Positions 30,701-38,883 of a stretch of DNA of 64,000 nucleotides are shown here, in pieces. The notes under the pieces are model-generated. The model ran no database searches. It worked only from the letters and a program-made list of their open reading frames with translations, and was not told the DNA's origin. The stretch covers positions 1 through 64,000 of the forward strand of contig CBFIJH010000007.1 in assembly GCA_965662895.1 (NCBI GenBank). Direction: 5' to 3'. Position 1 is the first letter of the stretch; the number at the start of each line of letters is the position of its first letter. A program made the position numbers and the translations under genes. Source of the stretch: Candidatus Poseidoniaceae archaeon (GTDB taxonomy: Archaea > Thermoplasmatota > Poseidoniia > Poseidoniales > Poseidoniaceae).

Positions 30701-33037
30701 AACAAAGGTATGGCGGCAGGTCATGGAAAAATCGACATCATTAATCTCCAAGGTTCCACATTGATGTCGTCAACAAACGTGAGTGTCGTTGAAGGAAACA
30801 AAACGGGCTCTCGAACGTCGCTATCAATCCCTCTTACTCCAACACAACCCGGTTGGCTCGACGTTCGTGTCCGCTACACACATGATAACGCAACCTCCTA
30901 CGAACGCGAAACGCTCAACAATTTCATCATCATGCGAATTTGGGTGAACGACATTCCCACCATCGATTCTGTTGCTTGCGACCAAGATGAGTATGCTCGA
31001 GGCGATTCCTTCCTTTGTACTGTGACCGCTTCAGATGATGAGCGTGTTGAATCGGTTGACATGGGTTGGAGCGTTCTCTGCCCAAATTGCTCCATTTCCA
31101 ACGCAACTTGGACCACAGGTTCCATGGGAACCAACGATAATGGAACAACGTGGGAAGCGATGATCACCTTACCAATCAATGTCACAGTTGGAAACTTGGC
31201 GCTTCATATTAAGGCAAGAGATGGACTTGGAATGGAAGCTGAACTGATCGCAGAAAACGTCTCAAATATCCTCGATGCACCCTCCATGTGGTTTGGGCCA
31301 CATGTAACAAATGCGGACCCTGAATGGTCTGGTGTTACTCCATTGCCATCAACTTCGAGCATGGGCGTACAACGTGGCATTCAGCAAACAATTACGGGTT
31401 GCGTTCTTGATGTTGACCACGATTCTTTGATTGAGCGTCCGCAGTTTCTTGTCGCTCGTGGAATCCTCGGAGAGATTGTTTACGTTCCAATGGTTGACGT
31501 AAACCATCACTGCTACCAAGCAACATTCGTTCTTGAAAACGGGACTTCAACAAATGGATTTGATATCGAAATGCGAAAAGACGATGGAAGCCTCGTTGCT
31601 CAACGTACCATTCAAATCAACGATATTGCGCCACACATCCAAGTTTATTTTGAAAACGATTCCAATGCCTCAATCGACCGTATTGTCGACAACGACAATG
31701 AATTTCTCCGAATCGTTGTAAACGATGTTGATGATTCCGTCAATGACTATCTTGCAGATATTGAAATCGATTGGCCTGGCTATGGGCTGCAGGTCATTTC
31801 AACGGAAGGGTTGGTGAATGAAGGGGCTGTTCGCCTGAAGATTCTCCCTCCATATGAGTTACTTGAAGCAGGTGATATTGATTTCAAGATCGTTTTACAG
31901 GATTCAAAAGGTGTTCAATCAACAACGACGGTAACCGTGCCGTTGATTCTCAATGCCCCCGATATCGCTTCGATGATTTCTTGCAATGAAGATGGTGATG
32001 TTACGGAGCTGATGTTCGGACATCCAGCCGTTCTTGGAGCGGTTATCGAGAGCGACCGTCCGCTTGAGAGCGTTCAACTTTCACTGCGTCAACGAGGTTG
32101 GATCGTCATTGCACCCCAAATTCAACAGCCTCTTTGGGTTCAATCCAATGATGCTTGCTTACAGGATTCGGGCGATAGCGTATACTGGTTCCGTTTGCAA
32201 TTGGATGGTTCATTCGCATCGGAAGTTGGCTCCATTCAATTGAATGTCGTAACCGTTGATGGTTATCCGGCTTCGATGCAAATACCGATGTTGTTTCGGC
32301 ATGCGCCCCCAGTCATCAATGGTACAGTGGCTCCGTCGGTAGAGGCTGGGAGCGACCTCACGCTCCAACTTGCAGTGACCGATCTCGACGGATTGGACGA
32401 TGTATCTTGTTCAGTATCTGTTCTTGATGATTCAGAAGATACGATTTGGGAGAAAAATTTCCGCCCGCTTGATTCACAAGATGCGGATGGATTGAATCAG
32501 CTCCGATGGCCCACGCCCCGAAATTTGAATGAATCCACTGACGCATTGCATGTATACACGCTCTGTGAGGATTCAGACGGAGAGGTTGGGGAGTGGTACT
32601 CTCCCAGTAATATTACCGTTGAGCCATATGTTTGTCGATCGGGTTGCAATTTGACAAACGATGACAAGGTTACGACCTCTGCAGCAACTTCTCCACTCCA
32701 GTGGGTTTTGCTTGGTCTTGGGTTACTTGCTGTTCTTTTGACAACAGCGTTCATGGTACGGCGATCTGGGGATGAGGAAAAATGGGCAACAGATGAATCG
32801 ATTGAAGATTTTGATCACCTCACATCAGCATCAATCGCTGAAGCCGATGCTATGCTTGAGCGCATGGTGGAAGAGAGTCCACCACTCCCAGACGGTTGGA
32901 CGGAAGACGCATTTGTAGCCTGGCTACGAGGGGAAAAACCCGATGATTGGACAGATGGGCAATGGGATGCAGTTCGCCAGGAACATGCCTCTCGGCTCGA
33001 GCAGTTGCAAACCGAGACCGATGACATATTATTCTGA
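27758..33037 (+). CDS. Giant surface protein: TIGR03790-family domain with inserted CBM-like, PA14 and LamG domains, Ig-like repeats, C-terminal TM
   Basis: VGVLINNKS..S, YLVTRLTG, SWGSND, GSIAETAVST, GYVYEPYL, VVGDP; PA14 (FYLTSDDGS, IEFFQGGG); LamG (WMHLATVFD, FEGMIDKV). Confidence 0.85.
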   Translation: MAERGTSLFLVTIMLGSLFSILPTSSINIHEKHDLEPPSNLLHGFTTGENWLNLDNETIAVPTGFNALNVYDYSDVGVLINNKSEASKTIGWAFVHARNISLERVFVFDLDGTPTGETINRNQFNTFFALPFLEMLNNRSNVSDMNYLVTSKGLPLRVSGGQNKASFDQEFALLGGSFNSSIGGDYWATHSYGPLSGGDFESFSRQKHGFYLVTRLTGYTVDTALSLIEKANNSLGQRGTYVLDLATNRNGSGYKFWNDDLYATNSTLTELYNQTVFFDEETGFVTNVSNVMGYASWGSNDGNWGANWGKNTGFETEDAAWSSGVRHWNATIPALSSGDSFAWTYQTDVKNAGSASIEATMSASCSDESSNGTQGIFAEYFDNEGLSFNTGSMPLLIDRTPDHTRIESSLQYGSSNSAYPGLDDRFKNNWGARFSGRINVPDSGNWTFYLTSDDGSEMWLDGTSLVTNYGSHGMREMSGTRNISSGPHEFKIEFFQGGGPHGLNLKWEGPNQSKAMIPSSAFVVSDGTPPSASTLLHAWNFDEGIGTESNDSVLNGSSMTLYNMDATNWRTCPDGGCLWYDGVDDYVEVDVDDWVGNFTVSQWVWANSTTLPNYASVLAVSNNAGSNTSFQHAIFNGEWRLHNNQTHTFGDIEAQQWMHLATVFDNGSARQYLDGVHVRTTSFPTGSVNNIDLFKLGVNRAGSTYFEGMIDKVMVWESVLDDDEITILSRDIYRDCQAYSGSGASGASLEQFISLDPDLREHAWILSLAGKRNGDVFGSYTMIVEGLDAQGNVLSSNTSNSKTFENNWGTATMRFRPHENASFLRITVPLNVVATSTSGSVFIDSLSLRAIRPHMSWIDGSIAETAVSTGGRSFNLGTTYGQSLVADLLEDGVSGVKGYVYEPYLTAVGQPNILFPMYAQGYNFAEANAAANNYISWMGVVVGDPKMAPYMDALHDVEILGGRTVNNFSVGQTGHLEVALQNKGMAAGHGKIDIINLQGSTLMSSTNVSVVEGNKTGSRTSLSIPLTPTQPGWLDVRVRYTHDNATSYERETLNNFIIMRIWVNDIPTIDSVACDQDEYARGDSFLCTVTASDDERVESVDMGWSVLCPNCSISNATWTTGSMGTNDNGTTWEAMITLPINVTVGNLALHIKARDGLGMEAELIAENVSNILDAPSMWFGPHVTNADPEWSGVTPLPSTSSMGVQRGIQQTITGCVLDVDHDSLIERPQFLVARGILGEIVYVPMVDVNHHCYQATFVLENGTSTNGFDIEMRKDDGSLVAQRTIQINDIAPHIQVYFENDSNASIDRIVDNDNEFLRIVVNDVDDSVNDYLADIEIDWPGYGLQVISTEGLVNEGAVRLKILPPYELLEAGDIDFKIVLQDSKGVQSTTTVTVPLILNAPDIASMISCNEDGDVTELMFGHPAVLGAVIESDRPLESVQLSLRQRGWIVIAPQIQQPLWVQSNDACLQDSGDSVYWFRLQLDGSFASEVGSIQLNVVTVDGYPASMQIPMLFRHAPPVINGTVAPSVEAGSDLTLQLAVTDLDGLDDVSCSVSVLDDSEDTIWEKNFRPLDSQDADGLNQLRWPTPRNLNESTDALHVYTLCEDSDGEVGEWYSPSNITVEPYVCRSGCNLTNDDKVTTSAATSPLQWVLLGLGLLAVLLTTAFMVRRSGDEEKWATDESIEDFDHLTSASIAEADAMLERMVEESPPLPDGWTEDAFVAWLRGEKPDDWTDGQWDAVRQEHASRLEQLQTETDDILF

Positions 33038-33061
33038 ATGCGCATGGAAGGAATGATACGC

Positions 33062-33295
33062 ATGGCAGTAGGATATGTGCTCTTGAATGTCGCACCCGGA
33101 GCAGAACACGATGTTTATGTCCAATTGCAAGAGATTGACAACGTTGTGGATGTGACAGTTCTCTTCGGCGATTACGATCTCATCGCCAAATTGGTTTCTC
33201 ATGATCTCGCTTCGATTGCTACCACAGTTGTCGAAACGATCCGACAGGTTCCTGGGGTTCTCAATTCTAAAACACTTGCAGGTGCAGAATTCTAG
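33062..33295 (+). CDS. Lrp/AsnC ligand-binding (RAM) domain protein without HTH
   Basis: GYVLLNV.PG, LFGDYDLIAKL, IRQVPGV..SKTL; 77 aa. Confidence 0.9.
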   Translation: MAVGYVLLNVAPGAEHDVYVQLQEIDNVVDVTVLFGDYDLIAKLVSHDLASIATTVVETIRQVPGVLNSKTLAGAEF

Positions 33296-33373
33296 GGTTT
33301 CAGTGCCCTTTTTTTGCTGATTTCCGCTCTCGGAATGGTGTACTGGGCGGCATATGTGGCGCAGTATTGCCTT

Positions 33374-33395
33374 TTTTCGGCGAAAACTATAATAA
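33374..33395 (+). promoter_or_regulatory. Probable BRE/TATA promoter of MC1, overlapped by palindrome TTTTCG-G-CGAAAA
   Basis: CGAAAA (33381-33386) then TATAATAA (33388-33395), ~35 bp before ATG 33431; GGAGGT SD. Confidence 0.6.
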
Positions 33396-33430
33396 CTATG
33401 GGTTGTGATTGAAATTTGGAGGTAATCCAA

Positions 33431-33694
33431 ATGTCAGACAAGAAATATTTCGTTCTCATGGAGAACGGTAAAGACACGAGCCAAGTATTTGCGAGCAAGC
33501 AACCACGAGGAGCAGCCCTCAAAGCTGCAACCCGTGGACACACGAACATCCGCCTACGAGAGCGTGGCACCAAGCGTGTACACGTTTTCACAGGCTCAAT
33601 CAAGATGGTTGACAAGCCTGCTGGCGGCCCTGATTGGCTACCAGACAAGATCAAGAAGGCCAACGTCAAGAAGGTCGGAATTGAGCACCTCTGA
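33431..33694 (+). CDS. Non-histone chromosomal protein MC1 family
   Basis: YFVL, QPRGAALKAATRG, IRLRERGTKRVHVF, PDWLP; small and basic. Confidence 0.92.
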   Translation: MSDKKYFVLMENGKDTSQVFASKQPRGAALKAATRGHTNIRLRERGTKRVHVFTGSIKMVDKPAGGPDWLPDKIKKANVKKVGIEHL

Positions 33695-33756
33695 GGTTCT
33701 CAATCTCTCTTGATTTTTGACTCGTTCGACGAGTGTTGCCACAAAAGTGGCTCTCC

Positions 33757-33794
33757 GCCCCACTAGGGATTCAGGTCCTTCGTGGGGCTTTTTT
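33757..33794 (+). terminator. Hairpin plus T-tract terminator after MC1
   Basis: GCCCCAC (33757-63) pairs with GTGGGGC (33782-88), inner AGGGAT/GTCCTT stem, then TTTTTT. Confidence 0.7.
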
Positions 33795-33857
33795 CTTCTT
33801 CCCTCTCACGTTGAATTGAACGAATCTCTCATAATGAGGATATCAATTCAACAGTTT

Positions 33858-34535
33858 CTAAAAATTGTATTTCACCTTATCATCGGTGATTTCAATGTGC
33901 TGTTTTTGGATGAGCCAGTGGACAACATCCCAGGTTTTGTGAACAAAACCGATTCCTGGTCTCCAGTGTTCGAGTTGATTTTGGAGGGTTGTTTGCTTAC
34001 GAGGTCGTTTCGCAGGAGCTGTCTTCTCAAGAATTTCAACAACTCGCGTACCCACCTGCTTGATTGAGGGCGGTTCTGATTTTTCTTGGACGTTTTCTTT
34101 TTTCTCATCGGGCGTATCCTTGGCTTTTTGCTCCGATTTTTTGTCATTCTTCACCGCAGGAGCGGTTTTCTTTTTCACCTTCGGAGGCTCTTTTCTCTCG
34201 ATTCGTCGTTTCCGAGTTTTGAAATGTTCAATGAGATCATCAAATCCTTTGTCTCTTGACCAAACAATGAATTTCACGGAATTGTCACGCCCGACATGAA
34301 CCATCCCCAAGTAGGCTGATATGTGGAAGTCAACGTTGTCTTTCGAAGTCTTTCCAACTCGAATAACTGTAATGTTGTAATCAACAATCAACCAGTCATT
34401 TGGAATCGTTTGTTGATTCCCCACGAACAGAAGCACTCGTTGGTGGTTCCCTCGTGCGATATCATCGATGGGAATGTGTTTGTGAACGTTCTCAAAGTCT
34501 ACAAAGTGAACGACTTTTTCCAGATCATCGCTCAT
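33858..34535 (-). CDS. PIN/NYN-like (PIN7-type) nuclease domain, Lys-rich linker, small C-terminal helical domain
   Basis: FVDFENV, KDNVDFHISAYLG, SRDKGFD acidic motifs. Confidence 0.8.
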   Translation of the reverse strand: MSDDLEKVVHFVDFENVHKHIPIDDIARGNHQRVLLFVGNQQTIPNDWLIVDYNITVIRVGKTSKDNVDFHISAYLGMVHVGRDNSVKFIVWSRDKGFDDLIEHFKTRKRRIERKEPPKVKKKTAPAVKNDKKSEQKAKDTPDEKKENVQEKSEPPSIKQVGTRVVEILEKTAPAKRPRKQTTLQNQLEHWRPGIGFVHKTWDVVHWLIQKQHIEITDDKVKYNF

Positions 34536-34622
34536 TTTTAGGCATCTCCATATCTTTGTTGGAAATCAAATTTCTGAAGTATCCTTTTCTTCACGTTCAA
34601 ACAGTCCGCCATCGCTTCTGAA

Positions 34623-35234
34623 TCACTCTGGTTGGTGATAACTCCAGACCTTGGTTGTGATAACTGCCATAATCACAATTTTGAATGCATCCCAAACCAG
34701 GAACGGCTCAACTCCCCATTCAAAGGCCTGACTCATGCTGACTCCATACGATTCTGCGAGCCAAAGTGTCCCGATTACATAGACTGGAATCATTGCAATG
34801 AACCAGCAAATGAGTTGAGCCTTGAAGTCCGCAATACCGGCAGTCCGAGACCGATCAAGGCCTTCTGCAACGAGTGCAGAAGCTACCGGGAATGCCATGA
34901 GATATCCTCCGCTGGCGATTAACGCCCCATCTGAAAACAAAGCATTGCCACCTTCCGCAAAAACAGGAGCGCCCAAAGCACCAGCAAAGAGATAGACGCA
35001 ACCAGAAACAAAAGCATCGTTCCTACGCAAATAGACTCCAGTTGCAAGAACAGCAAAGGTTTGGAAGGTGTATGGGACGGGTGTCCAAGGTACAACGAAG
35101 GCAATTTGTGCACACAAAGCGGTAAGTCCAGCGAAGAAGCCAATGGCAATCGACCGTTCAAGAAGCGTGGATTTTTCCGAGGAAAGCGTAAGGTGCCACG
35201 TGTGTGGTTTTGACCATGTCATTTGTTCAAACAT
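34623..35234 (-). CDS. bioY: Biotin transporter BioY
   Basis: PVPYTFQTFAV, GAPVFA.G, SGGYLMAF, GVEPFLVWDAFK. Confidence 0.93.
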   Translation of the reverse strand: MFEQMTWSKPHTWHLTLSSEKSTLLERSIAIGFFAGLTALCAQIAFVVPWTPVPYTFQTFAVLATGVYLRRNDAFVSGCVYLFAGALGAPVFAEGGNALFSDGALIASGGYLMAFPVASALVAEGLDRSRTAGIADFKAQLICWFIAMIPVYVIGTLWLAESYGVSMSQAFEWGVEPFLVWDAFKIVIMAVITTKVWSYHQPE

Positions 35235-35332
35235 AATTTTCCCAGTGCAAAATAGCACTTAGATGTTCACATCCGGTTTACTGGACGATGACGACATGCA
35301 AATCAGCAGTTTCGAAACGCGTGTCGAGCAAA

Positions 35333-36100
35333 TCAATAACGTACTTTCTGGCGTGTAATCGTTCTCCAAATGCGTTGAAGTGGGTCGTAGTATCGATCGA
35401 CAACACGTTCTTTCAACTGGATGATCGCATCATCCGTGATTTGGATGCCTGCAGGACAAACTTCCGTACAGCATCGTGTGATGTTGCAATACTCAATACC
35501 GAATTCTTTCTTGATTTCTGGGATACGGTCTTCGGTGTCAAGGGGATGCATTTCGTACTGTGCAAGACGCACAAGGTTTCGCGGTCCTGCAAACCCATCA
35601 AACATCTCATGATCTCGCAGAACGTGGCATGTGTTGACGCAAAGGAAACATTCGATACACTCACGGAAGTGCTGCACTCGGTCAGCTTCCATTTGGTTGA
35701 ATTCCCAATCCATGGATTCTGGACCGTTGATTGGAGCAATTCGCTGAGCAACATCGTAGTTCCATGAAACATCCGTGACCAAGTCCTTGATGTGTGGGAA
35801 GGCTTTCATCGGTCGAATTTCAATGGGCTTACCTTCCGGCGTTTCTGCAACAACATCGCTCATTCGAGTCATGCACATCAAACGTGGGCGTCCGTTGATT
35901 TCTGCTGAACACGAACCGCACTTTCCAGCCTTGCAGTTCCAACGGACAGCCATGTCTGGCTCTTGTTCGTGTTGAATGCGGTGCATACAATCCAGAACGA
36001 CCATGCCTTCATCGAGTGTAATCTCATATTCTTCAAGATCGGTTTCTCCATCTTCTCCACGAGCGACTTTGAACGCTTGCTTTCTTCCTTTCAATGACAT
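35333..36100 (-). CDS. sdhB: Succinate dehydrogenase/fumarate reductase iron-sulfur subunit
   Basis: CKAGKCGSC..C, CIECFLCVNTC, CNITRCCTEVCP. Confidence 0.95.
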   Translation of the reverse strand: MSLKGRKQAFKVARGEDGETDLEEYEITLDEGMVVLDCMHRIQHEQEPDMAVRWNCKAGKCGSCSAEINGRPRLMCMTRMSDVVAETPEGKPIEIRPMKAFPHIKDLVTDVSWNYDVAQRIAPINGPESMDWEFNQMEADRVQHFRECIECFLCVNTCHVLRDHEMFDGFAGPRNLVRLAQYEMHPLDTEDRIPEIKKEFGIEYCNITRCCTEVCPAGIQITDDAIIQLKERVVDRYYDPLQRIWRTITRQKVRY

Positions 36101-37953
36101 TACTTGCCACCTCCTTGTTCCTTTGCACGCTCAGCAATCATGGCTTTGACTTCCTTGATTGCATCTTGGAGATCGTCTCGCATTTCTTCAACAGGTTCCT
36201 GTCGAATTTTGATTTCTCCATCTTCCATCCAAACGATGTTGAGGGTCTTGCCCCAGTATTCATCTTCAGGTGTTGGCATATCTTCACGAGTGTGACCACC
36301 GCGACTTTCTTCACGGGTAAGAGCGGCGAGTGCACAAGCACGGGAAACGTCAGCCATGTTGATCAAATCAAGTGCTTGGTGCCAACCCGAATTGTAACGT
36401 CGACTTGTACCTGGGAACGATTCCATTGCACGTTCTTTGAACGCTGTAAGGTCCTCCAGTGCTTCCTCTAGTTCGTTCTTGGTTCGGATGATACCAACCT
36501 TGTGTTGCATCATTTCACGCATTTCATCGTAGATGATTCCAGGGTTTTCGCCACCTTCTTGAGCAAGCGGTGCAAGCATGTCTTCGATCGCTTTCTTGAC
36601 TTGAGCATCATCGATGCCTGGCTGTGCAAGATCGGTTGCTCGCTTGGCAGCAAATTCACCAGCACGCTTTCCAAAGGTAATCAAATCAGAGAGTGAATTT
36701 CCTCCAAGTCGGTTCGCTCCATGCAATCCTGATGCAGCTTCACCGCATGCATAGAGACCAGGAACGGTTGTTTCTTGCGATTCAGCATCAACACGGATAC
36801 CACCCATGATGTAGTGAGCTGTTGGGCCAACTTCCATGGCATCTTTCGTGATGTCAACACCGGCCAATTCCATGAATTGGTGGTACATCGATGGGAGTTT
36901 CTTCTTGATGGCTTCCTCACCACGGTGCGAAATATCGAGGAAGGCCCCTCCGTGTGGTGAACCCCGTCCGGCTTCAACTTCAGCCTTGATGGCCTTCGCA
37001 ACAACGTCACGGGTCAAGAGTTCAGGGGGTCGTCGAACGGTGGCAAGTTTTCCACTCACGACTTCTTCGACCCATTGGTCGGCTTCTTCGATGGTTTCTG
37101 CATGGTCGCCTTGGAACATTTCAGGGACGTAGTTGAACATGAAGCGGTCTCCATCGCTGTTGGTCAGACGGCCGCCTTCGCCACGAACACCTTCTGTGAC
37201 GAGAATACCGCGAACGGATGGAGGCCAAACCATTCCAGTTGGATGGAATTGAACGAATTCCATATCTCGAAGTTCAGCACCTGCCCACAAAGCAAGAGCG
37301 TGACCATCACCTGTGTATTCCCATGAACCTGAACAGACGCTCCAACACCGAGTGCTACCGCCCGTTGCAAGAACAACCGATTTGGCAGAGAAGGCGTGGA
37401 AATCACCATCGACACGGGTGTAAGCAACACAGCCTGTGACTCGGTCGCCTTCCTTCAAGAGATGACGAACGGTGTATTCCATAAAGATGTCAATCCCTTC
37501 GTGAATGCCTCGCTCTTGGAGGGTACGGATGATTTCGAGACCAGTAGCGTCACCAACGTGTGCAAGACGTGGGAAGGTGTGGCCTCCGAAGTTGCGTTGG
37601 TTGATCAGGAGTTTGGGTGTTCGGTCGAAGACAGCACCCCATTGTTCGAGTTCTCGGACTCGATCTGGGGCTTCCTTGGCATGGAATTCAGCCATACGCC
37701 AATCAGCAAGCCACTTGCTTCCTTTCATAGTATCGTGGAAATGAACCTTCCAACTGTCACGAGGATCTGCGTTCTGCAGTGCTGCAGCACAACCACCTTC
37801 GGCCATGACCGTGTGTGCTTTTCCTAAGAGAGACTTGGTGATGATAGCGGTCTTGGCACCACTTCGGGCAGCTTCAATTGCTGCACGTAGTCCAGCTCCT
37901 CCAGCACCGATGACAACAACATCGTATTCGTGTTTGGTATAGGTTTCACTCAT
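36100..37953 (-). CDS. sdhA: Succinate dehydrogenase/fumarate reductase flavoprotein subunit
   Basis: GAGGAG, AHTVMAEGG, QFHPTG, TEGVRGEGG, HYIMGG, HGANRLGGNSL, ESRGGH. Confidence 0.96.
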   Translation of the reverse strand: MSETYTKHEYDVVVIGAGGAGLRAAIEAARSGAKTAIITKSLLGKAHTVMAEGGCAAALQNADPRDSWKVHFHDTMKGSKWLADWRMAEFHAKEAPDRVRELEQWGAVFDRTPKLLINQRNFGGHTFPRLAHVGDATGLEIIRTLQERGIHEGIDIFMEYTVRHLLKEGDRVTGCVAYTRVDGDFHAFSAKSVVLATGGSTRCWSVCSGSWEYTGDGHALALWAGAELRDMEFVQFHPTGMVWPPSVRGILVTEGVRGEGGRLTNSDGDRFMFNYVPEMFQGDHAETIEEADQWVEEVVSGKLATVRRPPELLTRDVVAKAIKAEVEAGRGSPHGGAFLDISHRGEEAIKKKLPSMYHQFMELAGVDITKDAMEVGPTAHYIMGGIRVDAESQETTVPGLYACGEAASGLHGANRLGGNSLSDLITFGKRAGEFAAKRATDLAQPGIDDAQVKKAIEDMLAPLAQEGGENPGIIYDEMREMMQHKVGIIRTKNELEEALEDLTAFKERAMESFPGTSRRYNSGWHQALDLINMADVSRACALAALTREESRGGHTREDMPTPEDEYWGKTLNIVWMEDGEIKIRQEPVEEMRDDLQDAIKEVKAMIAERAKEQGGGK

Positions 37954-37958
37954 CTTGT

Positions 37959-38768
37959 TCACCCCACCAAAACGAAGGCCATGTCACTGATGTGCCCTTC
38001 TGCGACGGCAATGGTCCAAAGGTCGCCAAGGAAGACGAAGCCGAGGCTTGTCCAGAACCAGAATCCGTGGGAACGATTGAACACACTGATTCGCTTGAAG
38101 AGACGACCACGGAAAGCAGAAATTCCGCTTACCCATCGGTCAAGACTACCACCAGCAAGGTGGCGAAGAGCGTGACATGAAGTCACGTACATGGTCAAGA
38201 GGAAAGCTTCCGTCGCCATAATGAAGGTTCCAAAGGAGAAGCCCCAACCGGTATCAAAGTGCAGGGTGTGGGTGACATCCCACCATTTGATGACGATGAT
38301 GATCATAGCAGCGTAGAGGAAGTATCGGTGAAGGTTGTTGAAGATGAACAAGCGCTTTTCGCCACCGTATCCAATCTTCTTGTTGATGTCTGGCTCATCG
38401 ACCCAGCAAGCTGTTGGTGATTGGAAGAATGTTCGATAATAGACGCGACGCATGTAGTAGCAGGTTCCACGGAAACCGAATGGAATCCAGAGAACAAGAA
38501 TTGCAGCATTGACCCAACTCGGATGGTCCCATTCATTGAGTCCGAACAAACTCCATTCGAGGATGTTTGGTGAGAAGATAGGAGAGACGACTGTTGAACC
38601 TTCGAGTTTGTAGTAGATGCTCTCAGGGAACAGAATTAATCGCCATGCAGTGTAAATGAGCGCAGCGGTAAGAGCCAGTCCCATCCAGAAGGGTTGTGCC
38701 CACCAATTGTCGATTCGATCGGTACGCCCAAGCCCGTTAATCACGGGGAGTTTGATGCCTTCTCCCAT
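37959..38768 (-). CDS. SDH membrane anchor of the mycobacterial Sdh1 (Rv0249c-like) type
   Basis: Multi-TM; FRGTCYYMRRVYYR, NNLHRYF, SCHALRH motifs; first gene of sdh operon. Confidence 0.8.
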   Translation of the reverse strand: MGEGIKLPVINGLGRTDRIDNWWAQPFWMGLALTAALIYTAWRLILFPESIYYKLEGSTVVSPIFSPNILEWSLFGLNEWDHPSWVNAAILVLWIPFGFRGTCYYMRRVYYRTFFQSPTACWVDEPDINKKIGYGGEKRLFIFNNLHRYFLYAAMIIIVIKWWDVTHTLHFDTGWGFSFGTFIMATEAFLLTMYVTSCHALRHLAGGSLDRWVSGISAFRGRLFKRISVFNRSHGFWFWTSLGFVFLGDLWTIAVAEGHISDMAFVLVG

Positions 38769-38883
38769 AGGTTCACATCCGCCCCTCAAGGGGGCTTATA
38801 CTAACCCAACGACTAGGGGTCTTTGAGGTTGGCCCTTCGTCCCATTGCAGCGTTTGAAAGAAAAAGAAAGGCAATTTGAACGA

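Noticed and set aside
33296-33375. Possible tRNA in the stem-rich gap before MC1
   Set aside because: No GTTCRA T-loop or cloverleaf geometry on either strand
35259-35332. Short palindromes upstream of bioY (GATGTTCACATC, GTTTCGAAAC) as a BirA operator or riboswitch
   Set aside because: No match to TGTAAAC-N14/15-GTTTACA spacing; stems are short and could be chance or the sdh terminator
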